This document shows, one piece after another, positions 50,024-64,000 of a stretch of DNA of 64,000 nt; position 1 is the first letter of the stretch, and each line of letters opens with the position of its first letter. The position numbers were made by a program, and so were the translations under genes. The notes under the pieces were generated by a model that saw only the letters and a program-made list of their open reading frames with translations, made no database searches and was not told the origin of the DNA. The stretch is from Octopus sinensis (lineage: Eukaryota), in NCBI RefSeq assembly GCF_006345805.1, contig NC_043002.1, forward strand, positions 76,508,001 to 76,572,000, in the 5' to 3' direction.

Positions 50024-50820
50024 GTATTGTTGTCTCTATGTGCATGCGTGTTTGTATAAACAGACAGACAGACATTATATGTACGCACACACACACACAC
50101 GCACGCATACATGCACACGCACAATCATTCATACATATTGAACATCTATCTGCAGTCAGAAAAGCAATGTTTTACAGGTTAATCTGCGCACACGCGCGCA
50201 CACGCGCACACGCGCGCACACGCGCGCGCGACCGTGCGTGCGCACAGGCTACAAACTCAGACACGAACACACACACACCAAGCAGATAAATGCAAACATA
50301 CACGACAACAACCCCCCCCCACACATACACACGCACACGCACACACACGTGCATACAAACACGAGCGCGTGCACACACACACACGCGCGCGCGCATACAC
50401 ACACACACACACACACGCATACACACACACACACACCAAGTTGTCAATCACAGAAATACTATAGAAATGGAACTTGCCATAAATCCAAGAACGAACGAAC
50501 AATATCACTTAAAGAACACACATGATAAACGATTTGAAGATTTTAATAGCGAATCAACTAGAAATTTTCCAATAGGCACACATTGGAAATCACAATAATT
50601 GTTTGTTAAAGCGACATATTTTCCTTCATACCTTTTCCCATCCATTTTCTTTCTATTATTTATAAAGCTCTTTGAACCTTGTAAGTGTGGAAAATTTTCC
50701 AGTCCGATTGGTAAAAGATAGTTTGTCTTTCTCTTTGATTCACTAAATTTCATGTATGAATTGTTTGCTATGAAATGAAATAATTTGTCTCTTTTAGAGG
50801 TTGGTTGGTTGGTTGGTTGG

Positions 50821-50852
<32 letters not shown>

Positions 50853-51338
50853 ATTGTTATTGTTGTTGTTGCTGTTGTTGTTGTTATGAGTGTGTGTGTG
50901 TGTGTGTGAGTGAGTGAAGTCGGAGGGAGTGCTGTGAGTAGTCATTATTTGTGTGTTTGTGTGTATGTGAAACACACACACACATGCACAATGAGTGTGT
51001 ATGTGTGTGTGTGTGAATGTGTGTGTTTGTGTGTTTTTGCGTGACGGTAGGAGAGGCACGAGTTTCGTTTATTTTCTAACTTTTTAATATTTATTTTTTT
51101 GTTTTATTTACTTACATGCATATGAATATATGTATATGGAGAGAGAAAGATATGTCGTTATAAGTATTTATGTGCGTATGTATACGTATCCGTATATATA
51201 TATATATATATATGCATTTATATATGCATACATACTCACACACGCACACACACATTTATATATATATATATGCTTACTTACTTGTATATGTGTATTATAT
51301 ACATATAATATGGGTGTATATGCATGTATATGTGTATA

Positions 51339-51376
<38 letters not shown>

Positions 51377-51597
51377 AGAATTCACAAAAAAGCAAAAGAT
51401 AGACAGACAAACAGACAGACAGAAAGGCAGGCAGGCAGACAAACAGATAGACAGACAGATAGATAGAGTGACAGATAGACAGATAGATAGATAAATAGAT
51501 AGATACATGCATATATACATACATACATATATACGTACAGACAAACATTTAGACAGAGACATTGATAGTTAGAGAGTTAGCTAGCTAGCTGGAGATC

Positions 51598-51699
<102 letters not shown>

Positions 51700-51787
51700 C
51701 ATGCATATATACATACATACATATGTACAGACAAACATTTAGACAGAGACATTGATAGTTAGAGAGTTAGCTAGCTAGCTGGAGATC

Positions 51788-51856
<69 letters not shown>

Positions 51857-51858
<2 letters not shown>

Positions 51859-52670
51859 GTTTCTTTATTGGCCACACAGGGCTGCACACAGATGGGACAA
51901 GTTACAAGGTAGAGCTTTTCTTTTGGGGGATGAAGAAAACAAAAAAAGGGGGTGGCGTAGGTTTTCGATCAAGAGGGATCGTAAAAGGGAAGAAAAGAAC
52001 AAAAAATAAATAAATAAAATAAAAAGAATTTAAAAAAAGAGGAAAAGGAAAAGGAACAAGAGAAAAGAGAAATGAAAAAAGAAGAAAAAGGGGAAGAGGA
52101 AAAAAAGAACGATCAATAGGAATCGTGTATCACAGTGTTATGATATATGGTGTAAAGGGGAAAGCAAGTAAGGTTTATCCGTGGGAAGAAAAGCCTACGA
52201 AAAAGACCACCGTAACCTTGGTCAATATTGTTATATGTTACCACATTTGTTTGCAAGTGGGTAACCCTCTGTTTTCAATTTCTGGGTTCATAGGATTATG
52301 CTCAAGGTGGCTTCGTCATTCATACGTGCCATCCTTGCTACATTCACCCATCTTTTTTTAAAACATTCGCTAGACAAAACTTGCCTCTCTACTCTCACTT
52401 TCCTCTTCAAGTGGTACTTGAAGAAGGAAGTGATGAGAGATTGACAGAGACAGAGAGGAAAGTGTTTGTCTCCAATCCTTTCAGACGCGTCCACCAGATA
52501 CATTCTTTCGCCATAGCACAAGGATTATGAAAATAGCTCTTCCTTCCCGTTTGAAGGAAGGAGGCGTGACAATATTGACGATAGACTCAGCTGATAAACC
52601 GACTCGTCCCACACGTGACAGCAGTTGTTCGACATAAGCCCACAGGTCGGAAATTGTTGGACACTGAACG
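51857..52670 (-). mobile_element. Tx1/L1-like LINE 3' fragment inside (GATA)n
   Basis: LVQCPTISDLWAYVEQLLSR...KECIWWTRLKG...FKYHLKRKVRVER (end of a CCHC-like motif and the C-terminus), then a 3' UTR ending 'aataaagaaacttatc(tatc)n'. (ATAG)n on both sides. Confidence 0.75.
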
Positions 52671-52755
<85 letters not shown>

Positions 52756-52992
52756 CCCTCATGAAGCAAGAGCAAAGTAGAACCCGATGCAATTGTGAGT
52801 TTTTATAATGTAGTGAGAGTGTGTACAATATTAACTTTTAAAAATGCAAGAAAAATCAAACGCTTAATACCAAAAACCAAGTAAACTACATACTAAGAAA
52901 TATAAATAAGAGTCAAGGATATTGAAGGTAAGTTTGCATAAGCATAGTCTTCCCTTACAAGTACATGCATTGTGTTTCTAGACAGACTGGTT

Positions 52993-53221
52993 CAACCCTT
53001 TTGTTACCGTATTTATTTTGAGATGTTCTGTGTTTCTTTCAATTAATTTTAAATATAACAAATAATTTAGTAAAATAACTTAGTTATCATTGAGCTGGTG
53101 TTAGGAACATAAATTGTGACTAAGGTTCGGTGGAAGATTTTGATACAAAACTTATGGAAACAAGACATTTGTACTACAGAGCCAGAGGCGGTTTCAGCCA
53201 GGTTGGTATCGAAAGGGATAA
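52993..53221. mobile_element. piggyBac-like MITE
   Basis: Ends 't(c)aacccttttgttacc' ... 'ggtatcgaaaggga taa' resemble TTAA-CCC/GGG-TTAA termini. Confidence 0.55.
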
Positions 53222-53334
53222 TAACATCATTACCTGTATATTTCGGGCAAGTATTTGCCAGGCAAATTTGATCGAAGACCGTGCGTTGAAACTAAAGCAT
53301 GGAAGACATATTTTGGCCATTCAAAAACAGGCAA

Positions 53335-53669
53335 ATCCTCGCTTTCAATGGCTGCTGTCCGTTACTGTGGCTTTGAATTGGTTGATCAGCCGCACTATTC
53401 GCCTGATTTGACCTCGTCTGACTAACATCTGTTCCCCTAACATGAAAAACGCTTGGCTGGGAACCAGTATCGCAGTGATGATGATTTCATATCTCCTGTT
53501 GATGATATTTTTTTGACCAACCAGATGAAAGCTTCTTCACCAATGTGATCCAAGCATCGCAACACCGATAGAAGAAGTGTGTGGACCGCAGGGGGAACTA
53601 TGTTGAAAAATAAACCCCGTTTGATCACATCCCTTGGTCAGCTTATAAAGTTTTCAGTTAACCCTCGTA
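53335..53669 (+). pseudogene. mariner transposase C-terminal relic with right TIR
   Basis: CGFELVDQPHYSPDLTSSD*HLFPNM (YSPDL motif), then KKCVDRRGNYVEK*. Ends 'cagttaaccctcgta'. Confidence 0.85.
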
Positions 53670-53784
53670 TTTGATGTTAAAATTGTGTACCAACTGCGAC
53701 TTAGTCACTAACACGATTCCACTACATCCGGTTTGTGGTAGATGTATAGTTTCCAAGTTTATAATTTTTTTTTCATTTATAAAC

Positions 53785-54225
53785 GCAAGTGTGGCTGTGG
53801 TAAGGAGTTTGCTTCCCAAACACACTGTTCTGGGTTCAGTCCCACAACGTGACACCCTGGGCAAGGGTTTTCTACTATATCTTCGGACTGATCTCGTGAG
53901 TGGATTTGGTATAAGATTTGCTGGACGGAAAATGAAAGAAGCCGCTCGTGTATATACACATGTGTATGTGTGTGTGTGTGTGTGTACATGTGTGTGTGTA
54001 CGTGTGTGTGTGTGTGTGTACGTGTGTGTGTGTGTATGTGTGTCTGTGCATTGATAATCAGTATTGGCGAGTTCTCGTCACGTAACTTGGCGGTTCGGCC
54101 AAAGAGACTGATAGAATGAGTACGAGACTTGAAAACAAAAATGTACTGGAGGCGATTCGCTTGACTAAAATGGCTCTAGGCGGTGCCCCAGCATGGCTGC
54201 TGTCCAATGACTGAAACGAGCACCA
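53785..54225 (+). mobile_element. SINE family A copy (diverged)
   Basis: Head, TG tract and second half recognisable. Confidence 0.8.
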
Positions 54226-54673
54226 AAAGAAAAGGTATGTATTGTATATATGCGAGTCATTCTTGTTGGATGGTCATAGCTGGTCAGTTAACTTGGTATT
54301 TGGTTGTATTTCAAGATAGCAGTGTATAACTTGTGGGAGAATTAGCAGCTTTTTCTAGCAAGCTCAGCAACAAGGTAGAGGCATCTTTGATAATATAAGA
54401 ATGAAGATGGTGTGAATCGAGTGAGTGTTGGCTGCTATTTCTAGAGCCACCAGGTGAAGGCTTTGTCTTTGGTTGTTCCTTGGTCCTTTCTCAAACTCCC
54501 ACTGATTCATGTTTGGTTTTGTTTGTCTTTCATTATTCGTTTTTTTGTTTTTGTTTTTATAACCATCACCATCATCATCATCATCATCATCATCACCACC
54601 ACCACCACCACCGCAGCCGCCACGATGACGACGACGACGACGACCACCACCACCACCACCACCACCACTACCA

Positions 54674-54722
<49 letters not shown>

Positions 54723-55643
54723 GCTTCTTTTGTGACAATTACCTCAAACTATTACTGCAAGTGTTTCCGATTGTTGTTGTTGCTATTATTGTTCTTGTAC
54801 TTGTTCCTGTTCTTGTCTCTTCAACGTTCAACATCAACACCACGAAATCCAACAGCTCACCATACACACTCGCCGTATCTCCCCCCCCCCCACACACACA
54901 CAACAAGAACTTCTTTTCTCATCATTATCATGTTTTTGTTTTGTTTTTTGGGGGGTTTTTTTGTATTTTTTTCTTTCTTATTCACTCTCTGCTTCACCAA
55001 AAAACTAATCTCAGACGAAGTAACGTTTATGATGAGTCACCTCAAGTGTGACACAATAGAACTAGATATTATTGTTTGTTTCGTTTTTTTTTTTTTTTTT
55101 TTCTATTTAGTAATTTTTTGTTTGTTTTTGGTATTTTCGTTTTCTCGTTTTGTTCTTTTTACTAATCTAATATCTTGTGTCACATGTAAATTATCTCCCT
55201 TCGTAACACATTATTTCTCATGGCTTCTTACCGAGTTCCCAATCTCTTTCAATATACATGTCTTTCTATCTTTCTTATTTCCTTTCTTTCTCTCTCTCTT
55301 TCTTTTTTCTTTCTTTCTTTTCCGATTTTCTCTATATTTCTGCGTTCATTGTTACCTGTCTTCATCATTTTCTACATCCCCATAATATAAACACAACACA
55401 CCTTATAAGCATACACATATTATTACCGCCATACAATATGACATATACATATGTATGCGTGCGCGCACGCATACACAAACATTTACATATAAATATAATT
55501 TAATAACAGATTGGCTTAGGTCCACAAAATTTAAAGTTTCGTGAGGGTAAAACGTATCAACATCATGAAATGATGTCCAGAGACCGAATACAAACATACA
55601 CATATAGTTACATACAAACATACGCACACACGCACGCACACAT

Positions 55644-55682
<39 letters not shown>

Positions 55683-56070
55683 CTACCCACAAGGGGCTAA
55701 ACACAGAGGGGAAAACAAGGACAGACAAACCGACCCCAGTGCGTAACTGGTTCTTAATTTATCGACCCCGAAAGGATGAAAGGCAAAGTCGACCTCGGCG
55801 GAATTTGAACTCAGAACGCAGCAGCGGACGAAATACCTATTTCTTTAAAACCTACAAGGGGCCAAACACAGAGGGGACAAACAAGGACAGACAAACGGAT
55901 TAAGTCGATTATATTGACCCCAGTGCGTAACTGGTACTTATTTAATCGACCCCGAAAGGATGAAAGGCAAAATCGACCTCGGCGGAATTTGAACTCAGAC
56001 GGTCACGACGGACGAAATACCGCAAAGCATTTCGCCTGGCGTGCTAACGTTTCTGCCAGCTCGCCGCCTT
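55683..56070 (-). mobile_element. SINE family C multimer
   Basis: Tandem core units joined by 'caaggggctaaacacagaggggacaaacaagg'. Confidence 0.9.
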
Positions 56071-56169
56071 CGACACATATATATATCTTATACATACATA
56101 CATACATACATACATACATACATACATACATACATACATACATACATACATACATACATACATGTGTTA

Positions 56170-56420
56170 GTGGAGGCCGGTGGCTTATTGGCTACGATGT
56201 TGCACTCTTATAGTTGTAAGAATGTGGTTTCGATTTTTGAATCGGGTGACATGTGTTTTAGACCAAAACACTTCATTTCACGTTGCTCCAGTCCAATCAG
56301 CTGGTAAAAATGAGTAGTCCGGCATCTGACCGTCCAGCTGGGAAAATATATACAGAATCCGGGAAACCTGCAGAATCTGGGAAACTGGCCCTATGAACCT
56401 ATGGCTCGGGACGTACTTTT
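56170..56420 (+). mobile_element. family B / MetaSINE-like element
   Basis: tRNA-like head, then 'caaaacacttcatttcacgttgctccagtccaatcagctggtaaaaatgagta', similar to the Meta domain as recalled. Confidence 0.55.
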
Positions 56421-56855
56421 GAACTTTTGATGTGTGTATGTGTGTATACATGTATGTGAGTGTGTGCGTGTGTGTGCGTACGTGTATATGTATATGTGTG
56501 TGGGTGTGCGCGCGCATGTGTAGGGTCTACCAAAAGTGATTTCTCCATAAATATATACCAGCTAAAAACAGCGGTGAGTTGAGCTCAGTTGAGTTTTTTA
56601 TGTACACCTTATCACCCTTTCAGTATCCGTCGCTCGCATCTGAGCCTCCCCACAACCTATATTGAACTCCTTCAGATCCCAGTTCCTTGCCCCGGTTGGC
56701 TCAATGATTCCAGTGTAACTGGCCAACAGGCTTGATGGTCATACAACTAGTTTGACACACCACTTTGAGCTATTGAACCAAGCATGCCTGGGAAATTGAG
56801 CAGGATTACTGTTAAGCCGTGTCATTCTTAGAACAATGAAGATTCTCAACCTTTT

Positions 56856-57470
56856 TTAGTTAGTTAGTTAGTTAGTTAGTTAATTTGGTTCAAAAGCAAA
56901 TAGCAAGGCCATGTAGGGGGACATGGAGTTAAGTACAGGGTGGTGTTCATGTAAAGAGTTCAGGCCACTGGAGTTCAAGGGAGGCTTTGAACAAAGCGGT
57001 CGTCGGCATCTTCACCATCTCGTCTGGCAGCTTGTTCCACGGATCCGCAACCCGGACGGAGAAAGCTCCTCTCCTTCGATTGAGATGAAATCGTCGCAGG
57101 TAGAGCTTTTCGGAATGACCCCGCAGCCGACGCTCTGGAGCAGGAGTGAAGAACATCTCTTTCGAGAGGTTACACTTTCCGCTTATGATGTTGTGGGCGA
57201 GAATGAGATCACCACGGCGGCGGCGTTTTTCAAGAGAATAAAGGTCGAGCGTCCTCAGCCTTTCTTCATAGGACAAATTTTTGAGACCAAGAACCATGCG
57301 GGTAGCCAGCTTCTGGACTCTTTCGAGATGCTGTATGTCTTTGAGGAGATAAGGAGAAGAGGCTTGAATCCCGTACTCCAATATGGGTCTCACCAGCGTG
57401 ACATAGAGTGGTAGGAATATGGCTGCTGTGAGCATTCCGAATGACCGTATTCTTCTAAAATATATAAAAC
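56856..57470 (-). mobile_element. CR1-clade LINE 3' fragment
   Basis: LYVTLVRPILEYG..SSPY..DIQHLERVQKLATRM...LSYEERL..LDLYSLEKRRRRGDLI...FSVRVADPWNKLP; (AACT)n tail. Confidence 0.92.
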
Positions 57471-58016
57471 AATATACATGGAAAGATATTCATTACAAAA
57501 TCGCAAAAATAGCTTTAAAAGCATATAAAAATGAAATTATAACAAAATATTAGGTTTATGAATTTGTTTTGCATGATCCCTGATGTGAAATCGTGTGGTG
57601 AAATATTGTTATATTTCGCGACAGTCTTTTTTTTTCTTGCAAAATAAACAAACGCGCTATATATTCTGTTTTTACTTGTTTATGTGGGATGGAAAGTCGC
57701 TGAAGAGGTCACAGGTATGTGACGAAGGATTTCCAGACAATGGACATAAAATAAGAACAGTAATAAAGAAGTGAGTGTGTGTGCGTCTTTATTTCGCAAG
57801 AAAAAATGACCATCCTGAAATATTACAAAAAAATAAAAACGTTTATATAGATACATATATATATGGATGTATGTATATGAACATATATGCATAAACATGT
57901 GTGTGTCAGATAGGAAAGCCTTCCTTTTCTGAAGATGGCTTATATGCCCCTTTATTAGACTATTTTCATTAGTAATTGCACAGTGATCGCCATAAGCTTT
58001 AAGCGTATATAAAATA

Positions 58017-58058
<42 letters not shown>

Positions 58059-58074
58059 CTATATATATATATAC

Positions 58075-59168
58075 ACTAGCATTAAGACCCGTCGTTGCCG
58101 ATCATAGTGCTAGTGCATGTATATATGTGTACATATTACATGTACATCTATATATATACATCTACACATAAAATACAAAATACAAAGTTATATCTTGATA
58201 TCGCTAATGATAACAATGCTCAAAATATATAACAGACTGGAATTGTTAGCCAGTCTCTTGTAATTTCGATCAATTGTATCTTGTTCTCACTCTTGTATAG
58301 AAGTGTGGCTACAATCCAGCCTATCTCTACTTCGGGGTGGGGGGGGGGGACATTTAAAATTTTTTCCCGGGACGTCCTACGTCCCAGATATAAAGGTAAA
58401 AATAAAATATTTCCACTTTGCAAGTTCAAGTCGAGTACTCCCTTGCACGCTCCGTTGACTCGAACCTTGCTTCTATTGTGGCGAATTTACCGCCTCTGAT
58501 TAGATACCTTTCATAGTCGCATCAAGACACTTTTCGAAGGTGCTTTCCTCCGTGTGTTCAAATCTTCTTTTTTCTCTACATTGTATACTTTATAGACAAT
58601 AGTCTTTTCTTTAATTTAATTTTTTATTATCCATCTGGACTATTCCATTTCTGCACGCTAATTTTATTTTTAATTTATTCCCATTCATGCGAAACCACTT
58701 ATTCAAGTTCAAATCATTGATGCAATTTTATACCAATTGTTATTTTTACTTTTGTCATGTTACTTTAGTTTGATTTTAATTATTACTTACTATATATAAT
58801 TCAATTGTTATTGTTATTTTTATTGTTAAAGTGAAAGTATCTGACATAAAATAGAGAAATGTTTTTGTTTCACTTTTAACACGTAATACTGAAATAGTGG
58901 AGAAGATATGATATTGCTATGGGCTCGCTCTAGGCAAGAAGTTGAACATTTTTTTTTTGCCCATGTAACTACATGGACTCTAAGTAAGGCACGTGTAAAA
59001 TTTGAATGGAATTGGTTGTGTAGTTCTGAAGTTTTAGGGAATCGTAGTGGAGAAGATATGATATTGCTGTAGGCTCGCCCTAGGCAAAAAGTTCAAAAAG
59101 TTCTCAAGTTTTAGGGAAACACACAGACAGACAGACACACACTGTCTCAGTTTTATATATATAAAGAT
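58075..59168 (+). mobile_element. non-autonomous Helitron-like (Lep1-type) element
   Basis: Starts 'actagcattaagacccgtcgttgcc', has a (GACA)n tract near a 3' end '...ttttatatatataaagat', and an internal ~50-bp direct repeat near 58896 and 59046. Confidence 0.5.
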
Positions 59169-59414
59169 ATATATATATATACCCACAAACATACATACAT
59201 GCATATGCATATGAAAGCAGAGTCTTATGACATGTTGAAAGTAGCAACCGCTTTACAAAAATATTTTTATTCCAAGTTTCTTGTTGCCGATCTTGAAACG
59301 ATTATGAAAAATGGAGCACGAAATTTGGTACACACACACACACACACACGCACACACACATACATGCAGACAATAACATATCATATATCATATTGTTTGC
59401 ACAGGCTTACAACC

Positions 59415-59550
59415 AACGACCGTTTGTGTTAAGTAGCTTTCTTACCAACCACATGGTTCCGGGTTCAGTACCAGAGCGTGGCACCTTGGGCAAGTGTCTT
59501 CTACTATAGCCGCGGGCCGACCAAAGCCCTGTGGAATGAAGCCTGTCGTA
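59415..59550 (-). mobile_element. SINE family A head
   Basis: Reverse complement of the family A 5' half. Confidence 0.85.
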
Positions 59551-59598
59551 TATATATATATGTTTGTGTGTGCGTGTGTGTGACTGAAACAAATGAAA

Positions 59599-59630
<32 letters not shown>

Positions 59631-59780
59631 GTACAATATGTATGTATGTTTGTATGTATATATGTATGTATGCATGAATGTCTGTATGTATGCATGAACG
59701 TATGTATGTATGTATGTATGTATGTATGCATGTATGTATGCATGTATGTAAGTATATATCTATGGATTCGAATTAAACGG

Positions 59781-59827
<47 letters not shown>

Positions 59828-59844
59828 TAGATAGATAGACAGAC

Positions 59845-59915
<71 letters not shown>

Positions 59916-60217
59916 CAGACGGACAGAGAGAATGATAGATACACATATATCAAGAATGTATGCGCATATTTCTGTGTATGTATACAAAAACAAATATTTA
60001 AATACACATTTAAAAAATATATTTAAACATATCAACACATACTTATATCTCACTTAAAACTCCGTCTTTCCTCTAATTTCCAATCACAGTTTTGGCATCG
60101 TTATCCATACTTTTTTTCTCTCTCTCTCTTTGTCACAACCCCGTCTTTCCCCTGATTCTATCATCATATTTTTATTCCAAAATACATTGCCACTTCTCCA
60201 TCTCTTTTCGCATCCGA

Positions 60218-60257
<40 letters not shown>

Positions 60258-60902
60258 CCCCCCGCTTTTTATTTTCCTCATTCCGTTTCATCCTTCCCTT
60301 CTCCCTTTAACTCTCATTCTCTCTCTCTCTCTCTTATTTTCTCCCCCCACTCCTGCTTTTGATTTTTCAAATTCCTTTTCCTCTTTTCCTTCTCTCTTTA
60401 ACTCTCATTCTCCCCTCTCTCTCTCTCTCTCTCCCTCTCTCTCTCTCTCTCTCGCTCAAATTCTCTTTTTCTTCCCCACTGCTTTTTATTTTTCAAATTC
60501 CTTTTCTTCTTTTCCTTCTCCCTTTAACTCTCCCTCCCTCCCTCTCTCTTATTTTCCTCTCTTACATTCTTTCTCTCCGTCAATCTCCGTCCATCATCGC
60601 TCCTGTGAGAATATCGTATTCGACTTCATTTCTTCATTTGAACCTCCTTATCGAATACCTCTATCCCCGAACTCAGAATCTCACACACACACACACACAC
60701 ACACGTACACACACATACACACACACACACACAAACATACACACTCACACGTATGCACACGCGTACACGCACACACGTACGCACACACATATACACATGT
60801 GTACACAAACGCATACATACACACATGTACATTCTCCACCCCCACCCCCATAAACAGGTATATACCTGAAACTCACAAGCACACAAGCTCACGCGAGCCC
60901 AT

Positions 60903-60939
<37 letters not shown>

Positions 60940-61055
60940 TACATACATACATACATACATACATACATACATACATACGTACATACGTACGTACATACAT
61001 AAATACTTGCCCCACCAACACACAAATATGAATCCGAAGTCCCCAACATCTACAA

Positions 61056-61108
<53 letters not shown>

Positions 61109-61789
61109 AGTAAATGAGCCCCCCCACACACACACACGCACACACAACCACTCCTTTCTTTTCTTTTCCGATCATCACCAAACTCTGTCGAATCTGTCCA
61201 ACTAACCGCAGAGAGCAAAAGGAATTAGAATAAAGAAAACGAAGAACAATTTTCTGCCCGAACGCTCGTTCAATTTTCAAATTAAATCGCAAGGATGAAT
61301 ATTTCGTAGCTATTCTCGCTTTTGTTCGCTATTCTTGCTGTTCAATATCAACTCTTCTTCTCATCTTTTCCTCCTTGTCTTCTCTTATTTCAGCCTCTTA
61401 CTCTTTCTCTCTCTCTATCTCTATCTCTCTCTTTCTTTTTATTGTTTTTTTATTTATTTATATATTTATATATTTGCATATTTACATTGCTTCTTCATTT
61501 CCTTCTATTCACCCTGCAGCCGTTTTCTCTCATGTTGTCGGCCATGAGAGGATAACACACACAAATGACGTCACCAGATGTATTGGTTGTACTACTGGTA
61601 ACTTATATTGATTCCATCCAACTTGCAAATTCTCTGATACTGAGAGACGGGAAGAGGGGGGGGAAGGGTTGGGGACGGAGAGGAGAACGGGGTTGACAGA
61701 CAAGCAGACAGACGGACAGGGATAGAGATAGTGTGGTAGCGGGAGAAAGTGAGGGAGACAGGATAGAAGAGAGAGACGTAGAACGGAAG

Positions 61790-62075
61790 ATGGGAACAGA
61801 GAGAGCAAGAGAGAGGGAGCAAGAGAGAGAGCAAGAGAGAGAGAGAGCAAGAGAGAGAGAGCAAGAGAGAGGGAGAGCAAGAGAGAGAGTAAGAGAGAGA
61901 GAGAGAGCAAGAGAGAGAGAGAGCAAGAGATGAGAGAGCAAGAGAGAGTAAGAGAGAGAGAGCAAGAGAGAGAGTAAGAGAGAGAGAGCAAGAGAGAGAG
62001 AGAGCAAGAGAGTGAGAGAGCAAGAGAGAGAGCAAGTGAGAGGGAGAGAGCAAGAGGGGAAGAGACAGAAGGGAA
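61790..62075. repeat. (GAGAGAGCAA)n-type minisatellite
   Basis: Directly visible; source of the Leu/Ser-rich ORFs. Confidence 0.9.
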
Positions 62076-62489
62076 GGAGAGAGAAATACAGAGAGAGGGA
62101 ATGTGCGCGCGTGTGTGTGTGTGTGTCTATATTTTGCATGTCGCTGTCGACATGGCCAGCGGAGGTGGCAAAGATGATAAATATACAAACTAAGATGTCT
62201 ATCTGACAGTTCTCAGTTACTCAGTTCAAAAATGCCGCCAGAGGTTGATAGTTAAGATTTATTTGATCAAAGATAGTCACACTAGGCCGAGTTCATAGGG
62301 TGTCTTGTATCTGGTCGACGAACCGCTGGTTCGTGTTCTGAAACCGGTCTTGTGCAGTATTTCACAGAGAAAACACTTGGCTTTAAATTCAGTCAATTTA
62401 GTTGTAAACAGATTGTTGTTGTTGCTTAACCTCAGATTAGCCCTGTTTAGATCCATGAATAAAACCTTTCCAGCCGCCACCATTATTAT

Positions 62490-62896
62490 TCTGCGAGCTG
62501 GCAGAATCGTTAGCACGCCGGGCGAAATGCGTAGCCGTATTTCGTCTGCCGCTACGTTCTGAGTTCAAATTCCGCCGAGGTCGACTTTGCCTTTCATCCT
62601 TTCGGGGTCGATTAAATAAGTACCAGTTACGCACTGGGGTTGATATAATCGACTTAATCCGTTTGTCTGTCCTTGTTTGTCCCCTCTATGTTAACCCCTT
62701 GTGGGCAATAAAGAAATAAGAAACGTTAGCATGCCGGGCGAAATGCTCAGCTGTATTTCGTCTGCCGTTACGTTCTGCGTTCAAATTCCGCCGAGGTCAA
62801 CTTTGCCTTTCATCCTTTCGGGGTTATGTACTGGTGTCGATCTAACCGACTGGCCACATCCTCCAAAATTTCGGGCCTTGTGCCTAGAGTAGAAAA

Positions 62897-62900
<4 letters not shown>
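62490..62900 (+). mobile_element. SINE family C dimer
   Basis: Two head-plus-core units. Confidence 0.9.
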
Positions 62901-62954
<54 letters not shown>

Positions 62955-62956
<2 letters not shown>

Positions 62957-63395
62957 GAGTGAGAGAGCGGCGTATGCCATCAAACAGACACTGGGGTAAA
63001 ATATACGAAGCCCAGTATATCCATCATGATTACTCGTCTGATAAGGGTGCGCCAGGCAAATGAATCAGAAAGATATGTGCACGACATGGTGATCTCATAT
63101 CAAGATAAACAGTGTATAACCTTGCATGTAAAGCCCAATTGGAATTTTCTTCAGGCCAAGTAGCCCATCCGCTCAAAAGGTCACTGAATAAATGTTGTTT
63201 AAGTGTGTTGAACGAAGCACCAATGAATTATTCAAACCCAACAACTTCTGCTTGTGATCAAAGATGCACATATCATCAGCCACCAAGGGACATGCCCAAC
63301 TGGTTATGGCCAAACACCTGACAAGCAAATCTTTATTTATTGAAGCCCATATACATGACAACACTTCGAATCAGTTAAGATCAGAAGCCATCGGA
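62955..63395 (-). mobile_element. second copy of the (AAT)n-flanked 550-bp repeat
   Basis: Diverged reverse complement of 34530-35055. Confidence 0.75.
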
Positions 63396-64000
63396 GTTCT
63401 AGGCACTGGTCTTAATCCTGGCAGGATTTATGCGTGTGGAAGGTTACTAGATGTAACCTTAGGTATCCACAAGTTTTCAGCTGTCTTTCAGGTACTTATA
63501 ACCCTCCTGATAATCCTTGCTGTTCCTAAGAGACAAACTTTCTGTAGGAACTCTACCGGACATTCTATTCCAATCTCCTTTAACCATTTGTCTATATCTT
63601 TGCTTACTGTTCCCAACGCATCAATTATCACAGGCACAACCTTTACTGTTCTCATGCTCCAAATTCTTCCTATTTCAAATTTTAAGAGATTGTATTTTTG
63701 TTGTTGTTGTTTTTCGTCCTTTCTTTGCCATCCTGGAATCAAACGGGCTTGATGGGTCGATAACAAGCAACTTCGCTTTTCCTTATCTATAGTTATTATG
63801 TCCGGTCTATTATTTCCGTTTGAACAGAAAGGTCTCTCAAAATCTTACATTTCTCCGACTCCAGTACTCTTTTGACTCGATGATTGTAGCATGTGTTTCC
63901 AGCTTCAAATGCCCATTTTTGGCACAGTTTCCAGTGTAAAACTTTTACAACCTGGTCGTGCCTCTATTTCTTATATTCTTTCTGTGGCATCTTGGGACGT
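63395..64000 (-). mobile_element. R4/Dong-like LINE 3' part (RLE domain plus 3' UTR), runs off the window end
   Basis: RHDQVVKVLHWKLCQKW...KCKILRDLSVQT, then (frameshifts) LKFEIGRIWSMRTVKVVPVIIDALGTV...LQKVCLLGTARIIRRV. Confidence 0.88.

Noticed and set aside
50505-50790. ~95-codon open frame in unique sequence on the minus strand
   Set aside because: No start or strong acceptor, and no recognisable domain.

Overview
AT-rich eukaryotic DNA saturated with microsatellites (TA, CA, TATC, TAA, CAC/GGT), almost certainly intronic or intergenic. The SINE and repeat families look like those of Octopus/coleoid cephalopods; this is inferred from recalled repeat sequence, not from a search. No intact protein-coding gene, rRNA, true tRNA or CRISPR array is supported. 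Most long ORFs in the track are simple-repeat artefacts, and the protein-like ones are decayed transposon fragments. These include a Penelope-like element with a GIY-YIG domain (23.4-24.6 kb), an RTE-like LINE (36.3-37.3 kb), R4/Dong-like RLE LINE pieces (7.9, 34.1, 35.6, 40.8 and 63.4-64 kb), a Tx1/L1-like 3' end (51.9-52.7 kb), a CR1 3' end (56.9-57.5 kb) and several mariner relics. Dozens of tRNA-derived SINE copies from at least four families are present, plus a 100-N scaffold gap. The most interesting signals are non-coding: minimal hammerhead-ribozyme motifs in short repeats, a hammerhead-like fold-back element present twice in inverted orientation, a roughly 500-bp near-perfect inverted duplication, a fold-back mariner derivative, a tandem array of tRNA-like SINE heads, an apparent partitioning of retroelement classes among microsatellite types, and many inverted repeats that would form dsRNA. 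Two weak candidate minus-strand host exons lie at 8.7-9.3 kb.
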